From Macrostomum lignano (lineage: Eukaryota), in NCBI GenBank assembly GCA_002269645.1, contig NIVC01002040.1, forward strand, positions 124,001 to 188,000: a DNA stretch of 64,000 nt, read 5' to 3'. The notes beneath the pieces were generated by a model. The model was not told where the DNA came from, did not search any database, and saw only the letters and a program-made list of their open reading frames with translations. Of this stretch, positions 49,955 to 60,135 are shown in pieces (within the stretch, counting starts at the first letter, position 1; each line of letters starts with the position of its first letter). Both the position numbers and the translations under genes were made by a program.

Positions 49955-50497
49955 TATGTCTCTGCTTCTAAGATGCTGGCATCAGGAGAGCAATATAATT
50001 TGGCCCATCAAATTCTGGAGTATATGGCCTATGTCACCAACAAGCCATTCTACGAGTATACTATATACAGCCTTACAGCCTGTTTGTCTATGGATTTGTT
50101 TGGAAATGCTAGGATGGCCTTATTGCAGAGACTATCCAGAATTGTGAATGAAAAGGGCAAATACAAATTTAACTACTGCTTCTTCCTCTGCCAGTCCATT
50201 AGTCAGCTTTGCATACCCAGTGACATTAAATCTAAAGATGCAATTCTGTGGTATCAGCCAATTATGGCTATTGAGTAAGAGCAGCTGACAGAGTGGGGTA
50301 AGGGTGCCGTGGCCATTAACATGCAGCAGACAGCGGCAAAAGTGACAAAGATGTTCCGGAGCTATGCTAGGAGCAATCCCAAGTGCAAGGTTCCTTTGGA
50401 ATATTGTACTACCCATGTGACACCCAAGCTGATCATTAGGCACAAGGGCAAATCTTGCTCCGACAGCTCCACTTTGTCTGATATTACTGAGGTTTGA
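49955..50497 (+). pseudogene. Interrupted ORF of unknown protein (continues from about 48600 across the DD41D insertion)
   Basis: Removing the transposon and one TA joins ...KKINANY|VSASKML... in frame. One TAA at 50276-50278 separates it from the in-frame EQLTEWGKGAVAINM...DITEV. Confidence 0.55.
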
Positions 50498-50859
50498 ATA
50501 GTCAAAATTGAAACTTTGCAAACTTATATATTAAATTATATCAATATAGCACAATTACACTAACTAGGCTTAGGGCTTTTTAAATTTATATCAAAATTTA
50601 TATTTAATATGGCCTATTACTATTAGCATATCGAAGAATATATCTAACATTTTTCAATCCTAATCTTTCTAAAAATCTGGGTTTCTTTGGCCTTAGTCTT
50701 TATAGAATAGATACCATTTTGACCTTGATATTTCTTCAGTTTAGTCTCATTTCTAGGTATAATCCATATTTGAATATTTCTTAGTTTAAATTAATTGTTC
50801 TCAAAAGCTAGTCTATCCTTAGGCCTAGCCTTAATTTTTCTAACAATGTAGCTTTCCCC

Positions 50860-51230
50860 TATCCTAATCATAATCTTTTAGAGAATCTAGTGGCTCTATA
50901 ACCTTAATCTTTTAAGGAATCTATCCACTTACCTATCCTAATCCTCTAAGAAATCTAGCCACTTTATTATCCCAATCCTCTAGGGAATTTAGCTGTTTTC
51001 TTATCCAAATCCTCTAGGGTATCTAGCCATTCCCTTTTCCCAATCTTCCAGGGAATCCAACCACTTCCATTTCCCAATCTTCTAGGGAATCCAACCACTC
51101 TCATTTCCCAATCCTCTAGGAAATGCAGCCACTCTCCTATTCAAATACCCTGGGGAATCTAGCCACTCTCCTTTCCTAATCCTATAGATTAGCCACTCAA
51201 GTTGTGCAATTCCAATCCCTGGAACTATTT
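50860..51230. repeat. Degenerate ~33-bp minisatellite
   Basis: Recurring CTAGCCAC...CCCAATCCTCTAGGGAAT. Confidence 0.75.
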
Positions 51231-51919
51231 TTGCATAGTATTCAAAATTAGAAGTCAAACTCAAACAAAAACTTGTTAATACTCATAGTTAGGATAGATA
51301 GCTTTTGACTTGTAGAATATTCAACTAGCTCCAAGATCATGTTATTGAAACGATGGCTTTATTATTATTAAAATTGTATACAAAACATTTAGCTAGGGTG
51401 GATGCCATGTAATGAAGAAGTGAAAGGAGCAGGCCTAATTTCATTGGTTGACGCAGCAGATGAGTAGTCGAAAGGTTACAAACCATTGTCGGGAACCAAT
51501 TTGTCTGCTAAGCAGACAAATTGGCGGCAGACAAATCAACTGGAATCCTTATAGGCCAATCTGTAATGTAAGACTTTATTATTTAAATATGATGAATTTG
51601 TCAAATATTTTAGAATTTAAACCAAATTAAACAAAATAACATAGGTCTTAGAATAGATTAAAGCACATTTTTATAATAGCTAAGAAATAAAACCTTAAAT
51701 AAAGTTTAAAAATACATCTGCTTCTAATTATGAAGTTATCAAATCCTTACAATGCAATCTTTCTTGCAAGTAGAGCAGGGAGTATGCTCTTAACAGTCCA
51801 CTTTGGTAACAAATGATGACCAATTCAAGAGCAGCCACTTTGGTAAAAGCTATTTTGGCAACAAGCAAATGAGAATTCCTGTTTTATTCGCCAATATTGA
51901 TTGAAATGTACGCGCAGCG

Positions 51920-52165
51920 CATGACTAAGACCGCCACATACCAAGACCACCACAGCTTACAGCTATTACTGGCTATTGGTAGTGAGGGGGAGCTACCAAT
52001 CTTCTAGCATTGCTATTCCTCTCATAGGTTCTTTTCTTGCTGTTGGCTCTCCTACCTACTCATTTCCTCTCTAGCACTATCTAATAACACATAAATTCAA
52101 ATTTCTCCCTTAGCTCCCCCAAGTGTAGCAGTCTTAGTGTGTGGCAGTCTTTGGTCCTACACCGT
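51920..52165. mobile_element. Small MITE-like element with inverted subterminal repeats
   Basis: ACTAAGACCGCCACAT/ACCAAGACCACCACA on the left versus GTAGCAGTCTTAGTGTGTGGCAGTCTTTGGT on the right (reverse-complement related). Confidence 0.45.
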
Positions 52166-52754
52166 ACACGCATACATAGTGAATGACATATATGGTAGGC
52201 CTAGTGACTCTGTCCAGTATTAGATAAATAAAATATCATTAGCAGCTGACCTAATCAACATGGAGTTAAGTCAAGTTGTTAGGTATAGAGTTAAATTTTG
52301 ATTAGGCCTAATTTTAATAATTTAATAATAAATAATTATTATATTCTTAGGCTATAGTCTTATGCCAGTAACCACAAATATTATCCACATTGTGTGATGT
52401 GTCAATAAGCCCAAATGCTTTGCTTATTTGCATAGTAACTAAAATATAAAACATGTAAAAATGGGGCCTACTACTGCTAGTGCTAGTCTTAATTTAGCAA
52501 TTAGCATATTTAGTTTTGGTATTATTCTTTGATTTTATTTGATAAATAGGCCTTAATAAAAATATGAAATTTTCTTGCCAAACCAAAGTTTCCTAACTAT
52601 ATTGTCATTGTATCAATGGGCTAGGCCCTATTACTTGTTTGATTTTTTATAGTTGTTTTTTAATATATTCTGTTATATTATTTATACTTTCTATTTTTGT
52701 AATTTAGCTGCCATGTAATTAAGCCGGTCATTACTACCATGGCATTATATGGTC

Positions 52755-53341
52755 ACCACACTCCGGATCATCCCGATCGGGCGTGCATTGGCCTTGCACG
52801 CCAAAATTAGGCGTGCACAGTTGCGTGCATCACTCCTAAGAAAAAAGTATGTGTGCACACCTGGCGTGCACTTTATAGAATCACGCGTAAGAGTTATTGT
52901 AAAGTAGAAAAAAGATGAAAAAAGTTCATCGGAAGTTATAGCCAATTCGGATGTTTTTCTCACCATTTTCTTGACGAGTCTTAAGCTCTTTAAGTTCATT
53001 CTAAGGCGCAAATTTCAAGCTTTCCAGTTTTTTCCAGCTCGTAAAATAGTATTTAAACAAATCTTTGCGTGTATAAACTTTCCGCTGTAAATAGTATCGC
53101 CAAAAAAGCTTTAAAGCAACAAAATTATCTAATAATAAGGGTCTATCACGCAATTCAAAAAAAGGTCTTTTATTGTCACAACGTAAAAAAGGTCATTTTA
53201 ATGACAATGCCATTTATTGTCGCAACACCGGCGTATTTTTGAGAATGGTCGTGCACTGTCTTTTTTTTCGGCGTGCATTTATGTAATTATTCAATTTTTG
53301 TTCAGTCGTGCACCCAGCATGATCATGATCCGGACTATGGT
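52755..53341. mobile_element. MITE-like insertion (~587 bp) with imperfect TIRs, CpG-rich (young)
   Basis: ACCACACTCCGGATCAT versus the reverse complement of the right end, ACCATAGTCCGGATCAT. Many CpGs, in contrast to the flanks. Confidence 0.6.
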
Positions 53342-54216
53342 ATATGGATAATATTATAATTTGTTAAAGCATAGGACCTATGTTAAAAGTAGCTAGTGGG
53401 CCTAGGCCTATTCTTATTATAAGCTAGATCACATCATATCTATCAGTATTGGGCACCATTAATGAAAATTTTCACTTTTATTAATGGCAAAAGTATTTGG
53501 GTTAAAACAAAAAATCTTAACTTTTTAACTCTTAATTTTGTTGAGTTAATTGAAAATTACCTGATAATTATAATAAACATTAATGTAATAATTTAAGTTT
53601 AACATTGAAAATATAGAAATCTTACTTTCTTCTAAAATAGATTTCATAATGTACTGTTTTTGCTTTTCCATCTTTTTAGTAAAACATAGAGGTCATTAAG
53701 CAACATACAAGCTAAAAATTATAAGAGTAATTATAAAAATATTAATACTACTAAAACTAAGCATAAAGTAAAAGAAGGCCCTAGGCCTAAGCCTAACTTA
53801 TTTGAAACTTGAAAGCTAATTAGTTAATAATAAAATACAAATAGGAAAGTTATTTCCACATATAACTGGAATATATTGAAGGACTTGGGGGGGGGGGTAG
53901 CACACCTTGTGTGCTTGTGCTTATTGAAAATGGAAGTACCTCATTTCTCTTCCCTTTTTCCTACCTTTACTCTCTTTCCCAATTGATTTATCATTCACTT
54001 AATCACTTATGCAGCATTGTAGACAGTAGACTGCAGTACTAAACTAACTGCATTGTAGTCTGTACCCTGTAGGCTACACTCTCTACATGCTGTATTGTAT
54101 GTCTGGCAAACTAACTTGTATATGTAATACTCATGCACTCATATATATAGATTATAGGTGTACATTATTTGAGTCATTCTATACTTCACTTAAAGATAGA
54201 CCTGCACCTGACTATA

Positions 54217-55350
54217 TGAGAGCTAAGCAATAAGTTTCCCGATATGCCTAGACAGAAATAGTTAGAGAGAAAAAAGTTGTATCTTTTCAAAATACTTTCC
54301 AGCAGATTATATGCAAATTTTCATGTGCTCAAACCAGTTGCTGAAGCAGCTGGACCAATCTGAAGCAGGCACCTCCTCCATAGGGGGCCTATGCCAGATA
54401 AAGGCCTCCACTGTAGCTTCTGGTAATCCATAGTGGATTCTACACATCTTGCACATGATTTGTAGAAATACAAAAAAGTCGCAGGGGGCCAGGTCAGGCC
54501 TGTAAGGTGGATGACCAAGCTCTTAAATGCATTCTCTGGCTAGGAACTTTGCCACTTGTCGAGCCTTGTAGGCCAGGGCATTGTTGTGATGGAGAAGGTT
54601 GAATGTCCCGAGCTCAAGTCCTTGGGCAATACCTAGAGAGAGTGCTCAGCACTTCTGGCAGCAGATATTGGCATACTAGTCACTGGTGACTATGCTGCTA
54701 CACAAGTAGAACTGTGGCCAGATGACCAGTTTTTGCCACAAAAATGGCCACCATCTGCTTTGCCACGCTGCGCTCTCGCCAAAGATTGGATGGTTGGGTG
54801 CCGCCAACTGGAGTCCATTGAGCCGACTACTGCTTAGTGTCTAGGTCAAAATTATAGATCCAGGACTCATCAATACTGACAATGTCCTAGACCGAGTTTG
54901 AGCTGCCTCCATTGAATCTGTCAAGCATGGTGCAGCACTAGGTCACCCAAGCTTCCTCTTGCTCTAGAGTCAGCTTATGAGGCACCTGGCATGCAGAAAT
55001 CTTGCTTAGGTTGAGCTGTGAATGCAGGATCGTCCTGATGGATCTTGATGAGATGCCCACCTCTGCCTCTATCTAGGCCACAGTCACTTGGGCATTATCC
55101 TCAACCATGGCCCAGACAGCAGCAACATTATCCTTAGTAATTGTGGAGACAAGACTGGCTGCTACACTCCTCATCATCTAGACTCTACCTGCTGCGTCAA
55201 AATTCGGCAAACTAGTCAAAAATGGTGGATCTAGAAGGTTCTTCATCCCCAAAAGCTCCTCGCAATCACTCAAGACTTTCTTGCTACTACAAACCACTTT
55301 TAAAATTGTAATAAATCATTGCTCTAAAATGACTCATATTGAGCTCCATT
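54217..55350 (-). mobile_element. Mariner (DD34D-type) transposon, heavily mutated
   Basis: Minus-strand MELNMSHFRAMIYYNF, VPHKLT, IVSIDESWIYNFD, LLHHNNA (HDNA), HPPYRPDLAPCDF, GKYFEK. One TIR-like end TA-TGAGAGCTAAGCAATAAGTTTCC at 54215; the other end is not clear. About 15 stops and several frameshifts. Confidence 0.92.
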
Positions 55351-55939
55351 GTGAATTTGATAGATAGGGTGGGTATGCTAGCTTGGTTTGAATGCTACAC
55401 TGGCTATATATGACCAGTGTGTCTGAAACTTACAAACATTGTACTTGACACCTTGTACATTGTACTTGAAAACTTGGTTGTGGTATAACTCTTGGAAAAG
55501 GTAATGATTGTTCTGGTGTGCATTGGATATTAGAAAAAAAATTACCAGCAATCTTAAGTGTAGACTGGGGATCAGGTGATGGTACAGCTGCAGCATATTC
55601 AAGGGAACTAGAAGCACCACTATCCCAATGTTTAGCAAGCTCACACAGATAAGGACTGTTCATGGCAATGCAAAATCTTGTTGCTTCTAATAGATATCTA
55701 TCTGAGATGCAACAACCTATGCATATTGCTCTTCTGAAATAATTTCAGCTGAAAGAGAAGCTGTTTTTGAAATGAATGAAGAAACTAGATGTCTTGAGAC
55801 AGAATTTGTACAATGGCACTATGCTCATGCTAAATCTATTGCTATAGAATCTTGCCTATCAACTGATGCTGATACTTGAAGTGTGGATCCAATGACCATA
55901 TACAGCCATTTATTTGGACTAGTGGATGCTTGCTATTTT

Positions 55940-56010
55940 GGGGATGCTTAGGGGATGCTTGCTATCTGGGGGATGCTTGCTATCTGGGGGATGCTTGCTA
56001 TCTGGGGGAT
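55940..56010. repeat. 18-bp minisatellite
   Basis: GGGGGATGCTTGCTATCT, about 4 copies. Confidence 0.85.
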
Positions 56011-56534
56011 GCTTGCTGTCTTGGGATGATTTCTTTTTGCATTGCACTTCATTTGAGTATTTTGTGTTGTCTTTGTGAAGGCTTTATTTGGATGTCTTTT
56101 GTTACTTGTAGAGAACAGAGATTCTATCTAGATGTCCCCCTAACGGGGGGCAAAGATTGCTAGTTAGAGACTGAGACTGATAGCCAAAAACGTGAAAGTG
56201 CTCCAAGAAAAAGATATATAGTTATACAAACAGTTAAAAGTAGTTACCTAATGATAATATTTCTTGATGCTTGAGAAGAGCAAACCAATAATGTACTTCT
56301 ATAGATTTAAGCAATTATCTATCACAGAAACAAGACAAAGCATGATATGATAAAAGATTTATTTACTCAAGATAGTATTGTGACAGGAAGTCAAGTTGGA
56401 CTTACAAGTTTGCTAAAGCCATGAGCAAGAAACCAATTCTTCCAATGCCATTGTGCTACACACAAATTGGTGTCTTCTATGTATCATGCCTTCAAAAATT
56501 TGCCATATATATAATGCCTAGATAACAGGCAAAA

Positions 56535-56940
56535 AATCTCCCAATTGCAACTTAGTTCCTCCCAATTGCAACTTAGTTCCTCCCAATTGCAACTTAGTTC
56601 CTCTCAATTGTGACTTAGTTCCTCCTGATTGCAACTGAGTTCCTCCCAATTGTTACTTACAAGCTAGTTCCTCTTGATTGTAAATTAGTTCCTCCAGATT
56701 GCAACTTAGTTCCTCCCAATTGCCACTTACAAGCTAGTTCCTCTTGACTGCAAATTAGTTCCTCCCAATTGCAACTTAGTTCCTCCTGATTGCAACTTAG
56801 TTCCTTCCAATTGCAACTTAGTTCCTCCTGATTGCAACTTAGTTCCTCCCAATTGCAACTTAGTTCCTCCTAATTGTGACTTAGTTCCTCTTGATTGCAA
56901 CTTAGTTCCTCCTAATTGCAATTTAGTTCCCCAATTGCAA
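56535..56940. repeat. 21-bp minisatellite
   Basis: Unit CCTCCCAATTGCAACTTAGTT. Confidence 0.93.
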
Positions 56941-57612
56941 CTTTATTTTCACTTTGTATATGATTTTTCTTGCCTTTTTCTCTTTTTTTTCTCTCTCCTC
57001 TTTCCCCTCTATTCTCCCTCCTTTCTTTTCCTTTTCTCTTTCTTTCCTTTCTTTCTTCCCCCAATTTTTAGTTTTTTTGTGTTTTCAATTTTGCAACTTA
57101 CCTTGGCTGGCAACCATTTGATCTGTCCAGTTTGGATAGGTCAGATGGGTGTTGGGCATGTATGTATCTGCATGATCATTGTCATAAACAAAGAGATTAA
57201 TTAGGTATTTGGTAAATTCAAACATATTTATAATATTGTAACTTCTTATTAGACTTATATCTTTGTTCCTTCTTTGCATTGTTGGTCATTAACATTGTCA
57301 TTAGCATTAATGATGAATTTGTCATTAACTCACAAAATTATTAATGCAAATTTGTTAATTTGTTAATGCAAAAAATCTGAATGGTAGTCTATTAATTTTA
57401 ATGAAAAATCTTAATGTTTATTAATGGATTAATGCTTATTAACATACTGGTACTGAACACTGCATCATATATATTATATTTTTTATTATTTTAATGGCAT
57501 TTTTTGTTTTATGATTATGTAGCACCATCCACTATTCATATAGAAGTGGGGACTTTCTAAATACAATCCCCTTAGAATATAGCAAAATTACAAGTTAAAA
57601 TTACTCTTATAA

Positions 57613-58650
57613 TCAAACTTCAAATAGAACCACTTCTAAGCATTGTAGCATCAAGTCTCGGGGTAACATGGTAGGTCTTTGAATCCCACCACTGCTATCA
57701 ATGTTGTACCTGTGCTTCTCCTGCTGTCTAGCACAGTGATTTGGCATCTCCATCTTCTCAACTGGAAGCCTTCTATTAGCTGTTAGTAGCGTAAGTAGTG
57801 CTGCCACCAGTTCCTTCAGGTCTCGGCCTTCAGTGCATGAGGTGAGCTTCCCATTGGAATGAAATAAACAAGTCAACAAACTCAGCACAGCGTGCAGATT
57901 TGCAGATTAATGAACAATGTATCCTGGTCAGCAGATCCTGCTGGGCTCAGGGGGTGGCTGGGAAGGCAGTGTTAGCCTCCCTTAGGCTTAGGCATCTAAG
58001 TTTAGTCAGGCCAATGGGCAACTGGACAAAGTCAACAAGAAGAAGAATTAGAAGACAATAAGAAGACTAATTCAAAAACTAGGAGACTAAAAAGACAAAA
58101 TTCTTGACTGAACCAAAGGTGAGGGGCACATATTTATAGGCAGGAAATCCCCGCTGCACCAGTGTGCACTGGACCTTGTGACTCTGTTCTATTTTTAGAA
58201 CTGACGTCACCCTCTGCCTTAGAAAAGGCAGGGTCCATGGGTAAAGTGCAGAGGGCCGCATGACTCAGTATCTATTTTTAGAAACATGAGTCACCTATTA
58301 CCTTAGAGAAAGCAAGGGCCCCAAAGCACGTGATTCCTCCTATAAATATAGGCCAACAAGTGCAGTAAACATGGGTCATATAAAGGGCTTCGAGAAAACA
58401 AGACTTGTCAGGTGACTTGCTCACATGACAAGGGAAACAGGCCGGCAGCGTGACCTCAGGACAGGAACAAACCGCAGAGTAGGCCACAGTAGAGAAGCTC
58501 GTGGCTGCAAGCAAGAGCACAGAGAAGAGGGGGGTGTCAGAGAACAGGCAGCAAAAGGAAAAGGAGCCTGCCCAGCGTCAGACAGCAACCCAGGGCGAGG
58601 GCAAAGGAATCTGCTGACAATAGTGCAACGCCCAACACCAAACTAGCAGA
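57613..58650 (-). mobile_element. Unclassified repeat/element copy B, diverged homolog of 47380-48600 in inverted orientation
   Basis: Same motif order on the minus strand; peptide EGRDLKELVAALLTL...GGIQRPT (ORF 57613-57888). Confidence 0.55.
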
Positions 58651-60135
58651 TCACTACACTTGTGTTTTGTTGTAAAGGTAGCTTATATTCACTTTCATCA
58701 TATAATCATTTAAATGGTAAATTCATATGTAGGTAATTGTAAGATAAAACCAAAAGAGCTTGTAGGTTTCAAATTATAATCACACCAATAGTAAAATTGT
58801 ATTAGAGAGATGATATTTCAAAATTTTAAGAAATTATTGATATATTAATCAACTGATAGACATCTTGCTGTTTTGTCTTAGCTATGTCTTGGATATTCTG
58901 CGGAACCAAGAATTGGACATTTATAACTAAGATACCTGCTTCTAGCCCCCTCACTTTCATCTTACAATCTCCTTGTAAAATGGATATATGTTTTATATTG
59001 AGTGGGGATCATAAGATGAAAGTGAGGGAGGGTGCAAAAACAATTATCATAATAAAAGTTTTGTTCTCAACCATGCATCGATTATTGATGAAGATATACT
59101 GTTTGACATAGATTAGACTTTGTGTCTATAGAATAAACATAATCAAACTATGAATTTGGGTCCATATTAATCTATTCAATTTTGTGATATGATCCCTCTA
59201 ATACAATTTTACTATTAGTGTGATTGTAATTGAAAACCTACAAACTCCTTTGGTTTTATCTTAATAATAAAATCACATATATAATTCATCATTTAAATAA
59301 TTGTATAACAAAAGTGAATATAAGCTATGCTTCCATCATTTTCTATGCTATGTTTAGATTACAATTGCAATGATGATTTGAAGTGATTTGAAAAGTGAGT
59401 ACAATGTACAATAATTGTGAAGCCTAATTTTTTGATATACTGAAGTGTTTTTAGACTTTTTTTAAAGTGCATTTTGCCTATTAGTATTAGGCAATATAAC
59501 TTTTTTGCCTTAAACTTTTTTGCTAATAATATTTTTATAACTTTTTTTATATAACCAATTTCTATTACAATTATATATTGTAATAATTAAATAATTATCC
59601 AGTTAATATATGCTACTATCATTTTTTAGCTTTTTTATCCCTTATCTATTACTATTGATAAGAATAAATTTAATATAGCCAGAATAGCCAAAACCTTAAA
59701 GCCTTAAAAAGTTAGTTTTAGGCCTAAAATGCATAGATGGCTATATATAAAATTTGCTATTTTTGATATAATCATACCTAAAATAGAAGTTGGAAAAGGT
59801 TGGTAAATAATTGAAAAAAATATTGATTATGTTGAAGGAGTTTTAGCCTTTGATTTAATCTCTCTGGTTCCACCAAGTTGTTACCTAATTGCGTCAATTG
59901 CATGAGCAGAGTTACAGAGTCGCTTGCAAAGATCACTGCATTAGACCACTAGGCTATTTCCCCTTAATTAAAGTACACAATATTTCATATAAACCATATT
60001 TTTTACACAGCTTTCTATTTGCTCAATTCATGTCAAAGCACTATTAAATATCTAATAAAGTGCACACAAAGCAAACTGGTAGTATAAAAAAGGCGATACT
60101 GTGTTAATTTTCTTCTAGTAGGAAGCTAACAGAAG

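Noticed and set aside
55400-57600. Short ORFs between the mariner and element copy B
   Set aside because: Fragmentary, with no motif I can identify and no similarity to the ORF following copy A.
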